Shown here: positions 46,320 through 56,241 of the stretch, piece after piece
Position numbering within the stretch: position 1 is the stretch's first letter
Layout: each line of letters opens with the position of its first letter
Sequence record: DRR723986_643
Reading direction: 5' to 3' (one strand)
Length of the DNA: 64,000 bases
The notes under the pieces: generated by a model
What the model was told of the DNA's origin: nothing
What the model saw: only the letters and a program-made list of their open reading frames with translations
Databases searched by the model: none
Made by a program: the position numbers and the translations under genes

Positions 46320-48803
46320 ATGAACGACAACAACTGCCCACAAGCCAGAATATCCGGCCATACCGCATCCATCAGCAAGGCACGCACCACCGCCTCCACG
46401 CGCACAAGATTAGCGCAGGCCGTCTCGGTCGCGCTCCTTACTGGTGCAACGGCCGTACCAAGCTATGCACAGCAGCTCGAGGAAGTGATTGTCACCGCAA
46501 CCAAGCGGGCTGAGTCGGTCATGGATGTACCTATCGCCATTACCGCCATGTCAGGCGAATCGATCCGCGCGATCAACCTCAACGATATCAAGGACCTGAT
46601 TGCCTTCACCCCGGGAATCAGCGGCAACAGTAAGGACAGCTTCCTCGATTTCGTCAGCGTTCGCGGTATCCGCACGATTGATTTCGGCAACGGCGGCGAT
46701 CCGTCCGTCAGCCTGTACAAGAACGGCCTGTACCAGGGGCGTAACGGCTCTGCCGTCTCCAGTCTCTACGACGTTGAACGGGCCGAGGTCCTGCGTGGAC
46801 CGCAGGGCTTCCTGTTCGGCCGCAACTCGGTGAGTGGTGCGATGAACATCATCACCAACAAGCCGAATGTCTCCGAGACCGAAGGCTACGCCGAACTGGA
46901 TGTTGGTGAGCGCAACGTGCTGGTGTTCGAGGGTGGGGTCAATTTCCCGATCACCGATAACCTGGCGGTCCGGGTGGCGGGCTTCCACACGGAAGAAGAC
47001 GGCTATGTCGAGAACAGCTTCGGCGGACCTGACCTGATTAACCATGAAAACCAGGCCCTGCGGATCACCACGCGCTACGAATCGGACCGCATCACCGCTG
47101 ACCTGCTGCTGGAATATGAAGATCGGGACCAGTTCGGCTCTGTCTATCGCGCGACCGGCAAGGGCGAGGCGTTCACTGACGCACAGACCCGGATCAACGG
47201 CGGCGTGCCCATCGAACTCTCCCGGGATGGTCGCACGGTCAACAATGACAATTCCCTGCAGCCCACCGACCAGTCGGAAATTTTCTCCGTCGGCCTGCTG
47301 ATGGATATTGACCTGGGCTTTGCAACCCTGACCTCGCTGACCGGGTACAAGGATCACGACTACCAGTACGTTGAAGACTACGACGCACTGCCGACCATCA
47401 CCTTCAACTACGGACAGGACCAGAGCGGCGACTATTTCGAGCAGGAACTGCGACTCACCTCCAACGGTGATGGGCCGCTGGACTGGTACGCCGGTGCCTC
47501 CTACTACAAGGAAGACATCGACACCGTGTTCCTGGGCCAGCAGGAGGAAGACGTTTACTGCCTCGGCTACTGGTTCAATACCTGCCAGGACATGTTCGAC
47601 TACTACAACTACCTGGATTCCTACTACGGCAATACCTATTACTGCGATTACTACCTCGATTACTACTTCGGCAGCTGTGACTGGACCGCGTCGCCCACCG
47701 GCCTGATTAATGACCGCAACCGGATTAAGGGCAAGTATGAGGGCTACTCCACCTACGTGGACCTGAAGTACGCCTTCACCGAGAGTTTCGATATCGGTGT
47801 GGGTCTGCGTTACACCTATGACGAGAAAGAGTTCTCCCAGGAGGTCCTGGCAGATCCGGGTGGCTCGCTGCTGAACTTCAAGGTACAGACCGGCTTCTCC
47901 ACCCCTGAAGGGGCGCTGGAAGACAAGCAGGACTGGGATGAAATCACCTGGCGAGTGGTGGCCAACTGGCGTCCGGATGATGACTCGCTGATCTTCGGCA
48001 GCATCGCCACCGGCTACAAGCCCGGCGGCTTCGGCAGCTTCAATATCGAAGGCCCCGGCGCTGAGGCGTGTCCCTTTGGATTGTGCGTTGGCGTCCCCGG
48101 CTCGGAACTGCCCGGGGACTTTGGCCCGGAAACGGTGACCTCGTTTGAGGTTGGCTACAAGGGAACCCTGATGGATGGCAGGACCCAGGTCGCAACCACG
48201 GCATTCTACTACCAGTACGAGGACCTGCAGGCGATCTTCGGTGAAGGCCCGCGGACCATTGTCGACAACGTCGGCGAAGTCGATGGTTGGGGCATTGAGG
48301 CCGAGCTGAATACGGCCCTGACCGACAACTTCACCTTGCGCCTCGGCGCGTCGTGGTTCGATTCGGAAGCGAATGACGTGCAGGCGTTCTGCGGTGCCGG
48401 TGAAGTGATTACCGGTTCAGCCGATGCCTGTGAAGGCAACTCGATTCCCTGGGCCCCGGAATACACCGCGTTTGCCGTGCTCAATGCCAACTTCCCGATC
48501 GGCGACAACGGCGGCGAGGCCTTCGGTACGCTGTCCTGGACCTGGGAAGACGACTACCGCGGCGACTGGCCGGATCCGAGCGTGATCTACCAGCGCATCG
48601 AAGCGGTCAACCAGACGGACTTCATTATCGGTTACCGCCAGGAGTCGTGGCACGTCAGCGCCTACGTTGAGAACGTGTTTGATGACGTGTGGTACGACGG
48701 CGCCTACTCCGATGACCCGACCCCGGGTACCATCTTCGTCCAGCACACCTTCGGCCCGGCCCGTCCGCGGACGGCCGGGGTTAGACTCGGCTACGAGTTC
48801 TGA
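46320..48803 (+). CDS. TonB-dependent receptor with Tyr/Asp/Cys-rich insert
   Basis: Signal peptide, TonB box LEEVIVTATKR, plug EVLRGPQGFLFGRN, C-terminal RTAGVRLGYEF; ATG 46320 follows GGAGGGG. Confidence 0.95.
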   Translation: MNDNNCPQARISGHTASISKARTTASTRTRLAQAVSVALLTGATAVPSYAQQLEEVIVTATKRAESVMDVPIAITAMSGESIRAINLNDIKDLIAFTPGISGNSKDSFLDFVSVRGIRTIDFGNGGDPSVSLYKNGLYQGRNGSAVSSLYDVERAEVLRGPQGFLFGRNSVSGAMNIITNKPNVSETEGYAELDVGERNVLVFEGGVNFPITDNLAVRVAGFHTEEDGYVENSFGGPDLINHENQALRITTRYESDRITADLLLEYEDRDQFGSVYRATGKGEAFTDAQTRINGGVPIELSRDGRTVNNDNSLQPTDQSEIFSVGLLMDIDLGFATLTSLTGYKDHDYQYVEDYDALPTITFNYGQDQSGDYFEQELRLTSNGDGPLDWYAGASYYKEDIDTVFLGQQEEDVYCLGYWFNTCQDMFDYYNYLDSYYGNTYYCDYYLDYYFGSCDWTASPTGLINDRNRIKGKYEGYSTYVDLKYAFTESFDIGVGLRYTYDEKEFSQEVLADPGGSLLNFKVQTGFSTPEGALEDKQDWDEITWRVVANWRPDDDSLIFGSIATGYKPGGFGSFNIEGPGAEACPFGLCVGVPGSELPGDFGPETVTSFEVGYKGTLMDGRTQVATTAFYYQYEDLQAIFGEGPRTIVDNVGEVDGWGIEAELNTALTDNFTLRLGASWFDSEANDVQAFCGAGEVITGSADACEGNSIPWAPEYTAFAVLNANFPIGDNGGEAFGTLSWTWEDDYRGDWPDPSVIYQRIEAVNQTDFIIGYRQESWHVSAYVENVFDDVWYDGAYSDDPTPGTIFVQHTFGPARPRTAGVRLGYEF

Positions 48804-48811
48804 TGACCACT

Positions 48812-48868
48812 CCCTGCCGTCCCGGCAGGGCATCGACGCCCTCCCCTCCGGGGGCGGGCGTATTGTTT
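48812..48868 (+). terminator. Twin hairpins after the TonB receptor (leaky terminator or mRNA stabiliser)
   Basis: CCCTGCCG-TCC-CGGCAGGG, then ACGCCCTCCCC-TCCG-GGGGCGGGCGT followed by ATTGTTT. Confidence 0.5.
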
Positions 48869-48876
48869 GGTGACAC

Positions 48877-50742
48877 ATGAAACATAGGATTTCCCGCCGC
48901 GACTTCGTCAGCGGCATAGCCCTCGGTGCGGCAGGACTCCATCTATCGCCCCTGGAGGCGGTGGCACAAGGTTTGCTGCCGGCATCGAGCATTGGCCCGG
49001 ATTATTACCCACCGGCACTGACCGGAATTCGAGGCAGTCACGCCGGTTCCTTCGAAGTCGCCCATGCGGTAGCGCGCGAAGGCAGGTCCTTTCCGCTACC
49101 CAAGCAGGTGAGCGAACAGGTTTACGACCTGGTCGTCGTGGGCGCCGGCATCTCCGGCCTGTCCGCGGCCAAGTTCTTCCGTGACCGTCACGACAGTGAC
49201 AGCCGGATCCTGGTACTGGACAACCACGACGATTTCGGCGGCCATGCGCGCCGCAACGAACTGGATGTCGACGGGCAGACCCTGCTCGGTTATGGCGGCA
49301 GCCAGACCATCGACAATCCCTCCGCTTACTCGCCGGTAGCGAAACAGCTGCTGCGGGACGTTGCGATCGACACCGATCGCTTTTATGACTACTTCGACCA
49401 GACTTTCTTCAGCCGACGCAATATGACGGCGGGCCTGTACTTCGACCCGGCAAGCTATGGCCGGCACCAGATCGTCGCCAACCCGATTGAGGCGGATGGG
49501 CTGACGCCGGAGCAGCTGGAAGCCGCAGTACGGGCCATGCCCATACCACCGGAAGACCAGACGGCCTTCCTCACCCTGCTGGCAGGGGGCGTGGATTACC
49601 TGGCAGGTAAAAGCCTGGCGGAGAAGGAAGCCCTGCTGCGCAATATCAGCTATCTCGACTACCTTGAGCAGTACGCCGGCGTTCCCGCGTCAGTGCGTGA
49701 GATCCTGCGCGATTCCTTCCTGCCGATGATTGGTGTGGGCTGGGAAGCAGCTTCCGCCTGGGAGGCGCTGGAATACCAGTTCCCCGGCACGGCAGATCTG
49801 GGGGGTGGCGTGCACCACGAACGTTCTGAACCCTACATCCATCACTTCCCCGACGGCAATGCCGGCGTCGCGCGATCCCTGGTCCGCGATCTGATTCCGG
49901 AGGCCATGCCAGGCAAGAGCATGGAAGACCTGGTTACCACCCGGGCCAACTACGCGGCGCTGGACCGCGAGGGATCGCCAGTCAGGGTGCGCCTCAACAG
50001 CACCGTGGTGCAGGTACGCAACAGCGTCGACGGCAGCGGGGTTGACGTCACCTACGTCAACAAGGGCAATGCCTACCGGGTGCGCGCCAGGCACGTGGTG
50101 ATGGCCTGCTACAACGGGATCATCCCGCATATCTGCCCGGAGGTACCCGAGGCACAGGCGTCAGCGATCCGCTACGCCACCAAGATACCCTTCGTGATCG
50201 GCAGCTTTGCCATCCGTAACTGGCAGGCCTTTGCCGACGCGGGCTATTACATGCTGTACACCCCGGGCGACGTGCTGTTCAAGCGTATGCGGCTGGACTT
50301 CCCGGTAAGCATGGGCGACTACCAGTTTGCGCAGAAGCCCGACCAGCCGATCGTGATTTCCGCCTGGCACTCGCCGACCGCCCGTGGCCTGCCGAACATG
50401 CAGCAGTACAAGGCGGGTCGCGCAAAGCTGCTGCAGATGAGCTACACGGATTTTGAGCAGGACATTTTCTCCCACATGGACGGCATGCTGGGCCCGCACG
50501 GATTTGACGCGGAGCGGGACATCGCGGCCATCACCCTGAACCGCTGGCCCCACGGCTATGCCTACGAGTTCGAGGGGATCGGGGTGCCCGCAGAATATGA
50601 CCGCTATAACGGCCCGCACATCGCGGGGCGAGCGCAAATCGGCCGCATATCCATCGCTAACTCGGATTCCGAGGCCTATGCTTATGTCGACGGCGCGATC
50701 GATGCAGCCTCCCGCGCGGTGAATGAGCAGCTCGCGATTTAG
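48877..50742 (+). CDS. spdH: Tat-exported flavo(hemo)protein, spermidine dehydrogenase-like
   Basis: SRRDFV Tat motif; YYPPALTGIRGSHAGSFEVAH, VVGAGISG, DNHDDFGGHARRNE, HFPDGNA, NRWPHGYAY, matching the Pseudomonas SpdH family as I recall it. Confidence 0.8.
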   Translation: MKHRISRRDFVSGIALGAAGLHLSPLEAVAQGLLPASSIGPDYYPPALTGIRGSHAGSFEVAHAVAREGRSFPLPKQVSEQVYDLVVVGAGISGLSAAKFFRDRHDSDSRILVLDNHDDFGGHARRNELDVDGQTLLGYGGSQTIDNPSAYSPVAKQLLRDVAIDTDRFYDYFDQTFFSRRNMTAGLYFDPASYGRHQIVANPIEADGLTPEQLEAAVRAMPIPPEDQTAFLTLLAGGVDYLAGKSLAEKEALLRNISYLDYLEQYAGVPASVREILRDSFLPMIGVGWEAASAWEALEYQFPGTADLGGGVHHERSEPYIHHFPDGNAGVARSLVRDLIPEAMPGKSMEDLVTTRANYAALDREGSPVRVRLNSTVVQVRNSVDGSGVDVTYVNKGNAYRVRARHVVMACYNGIIPHICPEVPEAQASAIRYATKIPFVIGSFAIRNWQAFADAGYYMLYTPGDVLFKRMRLDFPVSMGDYQFAQKPDQPIVISAWHSPTARGLPNMQQYKAGRAKLLQMSYTDFEQDIFSHMDGMLGPHGFDAERDIAAITLNRWPHGYAYEFEGIGVPAEYDRYNGPHIAGRAQIGRISIANSDSEAYAYVDGAIDAASRAVNEQLAI

Positions 50743-50801
50743 CGAATTTGCCGGCGGGCAGAACTATCAGAAGCAGTCTTCACGTTTAAAGAGGAAAGAC
50801 T

Positions 50802-51245
50802 ATGAACAAAATCATCAGCACAGTATGCGCACTGGTACTGGCAGGCAACGCACTGGCGGCAGACCAGGCAACCGTCGTGCCAGTGAAGATCACCCCCGAT
50901 GATATGGCAGGGGCAATCTTCGAGCGCGAGGACATGACCGAAACCACGCACGAGGACGGCCACGTCACCCTGGATGTGACCAGCCTGCTGTCCAGCGACA
51001 AGAAGTTCGCCTCAGGCATGTACAAGTCTGGGAAAACGCGCGCCGAAATCAACGAACCCTATGGCGTTGACGAGTTCATGTACTTCCTTTCCGGCAGCGT
51101 TACCCTGACCTCCAGCGACGGCACGGTGCAGACAATCAATGCGGGTGAAGCGGTCACCATTCCCAGGGAGTGGACCGGCATCTGGGATACCGACGGCTAC
51201 ACCAAGATCTGGGTGATTTACTCGGCAGACGGCTCAGGGCTCTAA
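50802..51245 (+). CDS. Exported cupin (DUF861/EutQ-like)
   Basis: Signal peptide (NALA); DEFMYFLSGSVTL...AGEAVTIPREWTGIW. Confidence 0.8.
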   Translation: MNKIISTVCALVLAGNALAADQATVVPVKITPDDMAGAIFEREDMTETTHEDGHVTLDVTSLLSSDKKFASGMYKSGKTRAEINEPYGVDEFMYFLSGSVTLTSSDGTVQTINAGEAVTIPREWTGIWDTDGYTKIWVIYSADGSGL

Positions 51246-51264
51246 ACAGCGTCACCTGCCAGCC

Positions 51265-52860
51265 ATGAACGCCAAGCGCTTCGACGCCATTGTCCTTGGT
51301 GCCGGCCACAACGGCCTGACTACGGCCAATTACCTCGCCATGGGCGGCATGAACGTCTGCGTACTGGAGCAGCGCGAGGTGGTCGGCGGCGCGGCGGTCA
51401 GCGAAGAATTCCACCCCGGGTATCGCAACTCGCTGGCCTCCTACGTGGTCAGCCTGCTGCGTCAGGAAGTAGTCAGGGACCTGGAGCTTGAGCGTTATGG
51501 CTACGAGCCCATCCTGCTGGAGAACACGCTTTACCTCGACTCGCGGGGTGACTACCTGCTGCTGAACGGCAACGAGGCGCACGACCGGGCACAGTTCGCG
51601 CGCTTCTCGGCCACCGACTATGACGCGATGCACGCCTTCGAGGACAGCGTCGACAAGGTCGGCAGCATTCTCGCCCAGCAGTGGCTGCGCGAGCCTCCGA
51701 AGCTGCACGGCGGCGGCCTCAGCGACCTGCTCGACAGTGTAAAGCTGGGCCTGGACGTCTATCGCCTGGACGAGGACAGCCGCTGGCGCCTGCTGCAGTT
51801 TTTCCTCGGCGCCCCGCAAAGCATCATCGATCGCTGGTTCGAAAGCGATAAGGTCAAGGCCATGGTTGCCGCGCATATCATGCCCGCCAACTACACACCC
51901 CTGAGCCAACCCGGGGCCAGTCTCGCCATGCTCCATCACGCGGTGGGCGAGGTCGGCGGGCGCAAGGGGGCCTGGGGCCTGGTACGCGGTGGCATGGGCA
52001 CCATTACCCAGGCCATGGCGAGCTCCGCCCGGGACAAGGGCGTCACCATCCGCACCGGCGTACCTGTGGAACGCATCCTGGTGGAGAACGGCGCGGTCAC
52101 CGGCGTACAACTGGCAGGTGGCGAAACCCTGGCATGCCCGCTGGTTGCGGCCAATACCGACCCGAAGCGGACTTTTCTCACCTTGCTCGGGGAACAACAC
52201 CTGCCGGCCGACTTCGTGCGCGACATCCGCGCCTTCCGCCAGGAGTCGGCGTCACTGAGGATGAACCTTGCGCTCAGCGCGCTGCCGGAATTCGCCGCGC
52301 TGCCGGGAGCGAGCATCGGCCCGCAGCACCGGGCCAGTATCAGCCTGATCGAAAGCATGCAGCACGTGGACCAGGCTTACTGCTCCGCCAAGCTGGGCAT
52401 TCCCGCGGACCCGCCGATCGTCGAAGCCATCATTCCCAGCGCCAGCGACGACAGCCTGACCGACACCCCGGGCACCCATGTCATGAGCCTGCTGTGTAAG
52501 TACATGCCCTATGACCTCGCCAACGGCGAGCACTGGGACACCAGGAAGCCGGCGGTAGTCGAGGCGGTGCTGGATCATGTAGGCAAGTTCATTCCCAACC
52601 TCGGGGACATCCTGGTCCACGCGCAATGCCTGTCGCCCCTGGATATCGAGCGCCTGTTCGGTATGACCCGGGGCGATATCTGTCACGGGCGTATGGAACC
52701 CGACCAGCTGTACAGCGCCCGCCCCCACCCGCAGGCTGCCCAGTACGCGACACCGGTAAAAGGCCTGTACCTTTGCGGCTCAGGCACCCATCCGGGCGGT
52801 GGCGTCACCGGCGCACCCGGGCACAATGCCGCACGCCGAATCCTGAAAGACCAGCGCTGA
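51265..52860 (+). CDS. PYROXD2/phytoene-dehydrogenase-like FAD oxidoreductase (paralog 1)
   Basis: GAGHNGL, EEFHPG, GGMG, GDICHG, LYLCGSGTHPGGGVTGAPGHNAA. Confidence 0.88.
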   Translation: MNAKRFDAIVLGAGHNGLTTANYLAMGGMNVCVLEQREVVGGAAVSEEFHPGYRNSLASYVVSLLRQEVVRDLELERYGYEPILLENTLYLDSRGDYLLLNGNEAHDRAQFARFSATDYDAMHAFEDSVDKVGSILAQQWLREPPKLHGGGLSDLLDSVKLGLDVYRLDEDSRWRLLQFFLGAPQSIIDRWFESDKVKAMVAAHIMPANYTPLSQPGASLAMLHHAVGEVGGRKGAWGLVRGGMGTITQAMASSARDKGVTIRTGVPVERILVENGAVTGVQLAGGETLACPLVAANTDPKRTFLTLLGEQHLPADFVRDIRAFRQESASLRMNLALSALPEFAALPGASIGPQHRASISLIESMQHVDQAYCSAKLGIPADPPIVEAIIPSASDDSLTDTPGTHVMSLLCKYMPYDLANGEHWDTRKPAVVEAVLDHVGKFIPNLGDILVHAQCLSPLDIERLFGMTRGDICHGRMEPDQLYSARPHPQAAQYATPVKGLYLCGSGTHPGGGVTGAPGHNAARRILKDQR

Positions 52861-52867
52861 GCGAAGG

Positions 52868-54598
52868 TCAGCTCGCCAGCGGACCGTAGCGGCGGCGGAT
52901 AAGATAAAAACTGAACAGCCCCAGCGGCACGAAGAGCACGGCGGGACCAAAGGCGAACAGCGCCTCGGCACCTGACCAGTTGATCGATCCGTCAGCCAGC
53001 AGCTGCCCCGCACCCGCCTGGTAAGGCTTCACGTACCACTGCAGCAGCACAAAGGGCATAGCCAGCCCATACAGAACCAACAGCAGCGGTGCCACCAGGG
53101 TCGTGCGGGTCATGGCGGGATCACGGTCCTCGGACGGCGCCCGGTGCAGACGCATGCGGTACACCGCCTCAACGCGACTTACCCGACCGGCACGCGATAC
53201 CAGCACGATCGCCAGCAGGCTCGCCAGGGTGCCGAGCACCGCCGGGTCAAGGTAGCTGGGCAGCGAGATCCAGCCCAGATAGACCAGCGCCGCCGGTACA
53301 ACATTGCCAAGGAAGCCGCAGACGATTCCCCAGTAAGCGCCAGCGGCCGTAATACGCCGGCTCCAGATACTCATGAAACCCACCGGCCCCCAGGAGGAGG
53401 CGAACACCGTGCCGATAAACAACATGATCCAGAACACGTTCGGCGGCACCCAGTAGCAGGCGACCAGCACAACGAGGGCGACGAACAGGACCGCGCTGCG
53501 GGTCTTGCCGAGGGTAAGGTGACCGGGCCGCGGCGTGACGTCGTTGCTCACGCTGAATCCCACCAGGGACAGGAAGGTGGAAGCCGAGGACAGCGCCGCA
53601 GCCATGATACCGGCCAGCAGCAGGGCGCCGAGCAACTCGGGCACACTGTTCTTCGCCGCCCAGATAATCACTGTTTCCGAGGGGCTGATGCCAGGATTGA
53701 GGAGGTTGATCAGGCCGCCGGCACCATAAATGAGGATCTGCATCGCGATAACCGCAAAGCAGGCGTAGATCGCCGAGCGAATCACCACGTGCTCATTGCG
53801 CGCCATCAGGTGGCGGCTGGCCTGCCAGGGGCTGACTGCGTAGACCACCGCCCAGCTGATATCAATCACCACGAACCAGATCAGGAAATCCACGGCAGTG
53901 GGCCAGTCGGTGCCGGGGCCGATGATGCCGTGCCAGGACGTGATATCCGGCTTCACCTCGGAGCGGGTGAGCGCTTCGACGGATGACGCCACACCGCCGA
54001 GATCCTGAACCAGGAAGATAACGAATGCCAGCGTGGCCAGACCGAACAGCAGGAACATCATGGTGTCGGTGATGATCACGCCCCGTGAGCCGGCATACAT
54101 CGTAAACAAGGTATAGCTCAGCCAGGCGGCGAGCAGTGATTGCTCATAATCCAGAGCGGTGAGATCGGCCAGCAGTATGGCCGCGCCCTGGGTGACAACC
54201 AGCAGGTAGCCGCCCAGGCCGAGAATGATGGTGAGTCCCGCCGCCTGCTGCACCCGACGACTATTGAAGCGCTGGCCGAGGAAATCCGCGACCGTCGGCG
54301 CGCGACTGCGGCGCAGATAGGTGCCGAACAGCAGGGCACCGTAGACGTAACCGGTAACCGCAATACCCGGCAGGATGATATAGGCGCCCAACTGACCATC
54401 GTAAGTAAACGCGGCCTCACCGAGGAAGATCGAGGTACTGAACACACTGGCCACCAGTGTGCCCACGATCAGGAAGGTCGGCGCCCGCCTCCCGGCCACG
54501 AAGTAATCATCCAGCTGCTTGACCTGGCGCCCGCTGTAACTGCCCACGAAGACAAACAGGGCAACGCTGACAATGATCGTGGCGGTGTACAGGTCGAT
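52868..54598 (-). CDS. Sodium:solute symporter (SSS family); probable ATC start at 54598
   Basis: DYFVAGR, GTLVAS, GVIITD, AGIMAAALSSA. The frame extends 17 codons upstream of GTG 54547, encoding TM1 (IDLYTATIIVSVALFVFVG), with GGAGG 8 nt before ATC. Confidence 0.85.
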   Translation of the reverse strand: MDLYTATIIVSVALFVFVGSYSGRQVKQLDDYFVAGRRAPTFLIVGTLVASVFSTSIFLGEAAFTYDGQLGAYIILPGIAVTGYVYGALLFGTYLRRSRAPTVADFLGQRFNSRRVQQAAGLTIILGLGGYLLVVTQGAAILLADLTALDYEQSLLAAWLSYTLFTMYAGSRGVIITDTMMFLLFGLATLAFVIFLVQDLGGVASSVEALTRSEVKPDITSWHGIIGPGTDWPTAVDFLIWFVVIDISWAVVYAVSPWQASRHLMARNEHVVIRSAIYACFAVIAMQILIYGAGGLINLLNPGISPSETVIIWAAKNSVPELLGALLLAGIMAAALSSASTFLSLVGFSVSNDVTPRPGHLTLGKTRSAVLFVALVVLVACYWVPPNVFWIMLFIGTVFASSWGPVGFMSIWSRRITAAGAYWGIVCGFLGNVVPAALVYLGWISLPSYLDPAVLGTLASLLAIVLVSRAGRVSRVEAVYRMRLHRAPSEDRDPAMTRTTLVAPLLLVLYGLAMPFVLLQWYVKPYQAGAGQLLADGSINWSGAEALFAFGPAVLFVPLGLFSFYLIRRRYGPLAS

Positions 54599-54634
54599 GC
54601 TCGTAGCCTCCTGCGCCGGCGGCAGCCGGACTCG

Positions 54635-56215
54635 CTAGCGGTCGCGCAGAATCGCGCGTGCCGCGTTATGCCCCGGCAAGCCGCTCACCCCGCCTCCCGG
54701 GTGAGCCCCGGAACCACAGAGATACACACCCTCAACCGGCATCCGGTAATTTGCGTGCCCCGGGATCGGCCGCAGCGAATAGAACTGGTCGAGGTGCAGG
54801 GCGCCGTGGAAGATATCGCCGCCCACCATGCCCAGGTCGCGCTCGATATCCAGCGGCGTCTTGATCTGGCGCCCGACCACCGAGGCCCGGAAGTTGGGTG
54901 CGTACTGGTCGATGGTGTCGATCACCAGGTCGGCAACTTCCTCGCGCACAGCGTCCCAGTCCTGCCCCTCGGGCAGATGGCGCTGGAAATGCTGGCAGAA
55001 CAGGCTTGCCACATGGCCACCCGGAGGTGCCAGGGAGTCGTCCTGGGTACTGGGGACCTGCATCGAGATTACCGGCCGGCGGGACCAGCCCTGCTGCCGC
55101 GCATCATAGTAGGCATCCTGGATGTAACCCAGGGAGGGGCTGACCTCGATTGCGCCCAGGAAGTGCTCGTCGCCACGGCCGGCCATGCTCGAAAAGCGCG
55201 GCAGCTCCGACAGGGCGACATTCATTCGGAAGGTGGCAGAGTGACTGCGGTAATGGGCTATCCGGCGCTGGTCCGGCTCGTCCATCAGGCCCGGATCGAG
55301 CAATTTCTGCAGCAGGGTCTGCGGGTGCACATTGGCAGCGATAAAACGCGTGCTGAGTTCGCGGCCATCGGCGGTGCGAACGCCACAGGCAGTGCCGTCC
55401 CGAGTAAGGATTTCGCTGACCGGGGTACCGGTTTCGATACGCGCTCCCTTGCTGCGCGCGAAGGACGCCATCGACTCACTGATCGCACCCATGCCGCCCC
55501 GCGCAATACCCCAGGCACCCGCGCGACCTTTCACCTCGCCAAAGGCATGGTGCAACAGCACGTAGGCGGTGCCGGCATGGTAGGGCTCGGCAAAATTCCC
55601 AATGACGCCCTCCAGACCCAGCACGCCCTTGAACGCCTCACCCTCAAACCAGCTATCGAGGTAATCACCGAGCGAACGGGTCATCAGCTCGGCGAGGATG
55701 ATCTGATGCTGTTTGTCGAGCTTGCGGAACACATTGCCCGCCTTGAGTAAGGTCACAGCGTCACGCCAGCCACCGCCAAGGTTGGGCGGGGCCTGCACCG
55801 CCAGTTCGCGCAAGGCCATAGCGACGGTGGCAATACCGGCATCGAACTCATCTACCCGCTCGGCATCGCGGCGGGAAAAGCGCGCGATCTCAGCCCGCGC
55901 CTGGGCGCCGTCGCGGGTCAGCAGCAAATGATCGTTTTCCAGCAGGCTGAGGGTCCCCGCCGGGCGCTCCAGGATTTCCAGGCCGTGTCGCTCCAGCTCC
56001 AGGTCGCGGATTACCCCGGGGTGCAGCAGGCTGACGGAATAGGAATACACCGAATTACGGAAGCCCGGGTGAAACTCCTCGGTCACGGCGGCGCCACCCA
56101 CCACGTCCCGGGCCTCCAGTACCGTGACCCGCAGGCCGGCCTTCGCCAGGTAGCCTGCACAGGCCAGGCCATTGTGGCCGGCACCGATGACAATAACGTC
56201 TGTATCCGTCGCCAC
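54635..56215 (-). CDS. PYROXD2/phytoene-dehydrogenase-like FAD oxidoreductase (paralog 2)
   Basis: GAGHNGL, EEFHPGF, GGMG, GDIFHG, YLCGSGAHPGGGVSG. Confidence 0.88.
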   Translation of the reverse strand: MATDTDVIVIGAGHNGLACAGYLAKAGLRVTVLEARDVVGGAAVTEEFHPGFRNSVYSYSVSLLHPGVIRDLELERHGLEILERPAGTLSLLENDHLLLTRDGAQARAEIARFSRRDAERVDEFDAGIATVAMALRELAVQAPPNLGGGWRDAVTLLKAGNVFRKLDKQHQIILAELMTRSLGDYLDSWFEGEAFKGVLGLEGVIGNFAEPYHAGTAYVLLHHAFGEVKGRAGAWGIARGGMGAISESMASFARSKGARIETGTPVSEILTRDGTACGVRTADGRELSTRFIAANVHPQTLLQKLLDPGLMDEPDQRRIAHYRSHSATFRMNVALSELPRFSSMAGRGDEHFLGAIEVSPSLGYIQDAYYDARQQGWSRRPVISMQVPSTQDDSLAPPGGHVASLFCQHFQRHLPEGQDWDAVREEVADLVIDTIDQYAPNFRASVVGRQIKTPLDIERDLGMVGGDIFHGALHLDQFYSLRPIPGHANYRMPVEGVYLCGSGAHPGGGVSGLPGHNAARAILRDR

Positions 56216-56241
56216 TTCCTATCCCCGCCTGTGCTGCATTG

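Noticed and set aside
52868-56215. Amber read-through fusion of flavoprotein paralogue 2 with the SSS symporter (same frame, single TAG between them)
   Set aside because: Being in frame has a one-in-three chance, a strong internal SD argues for independent initiation, and I saw no recoding signal
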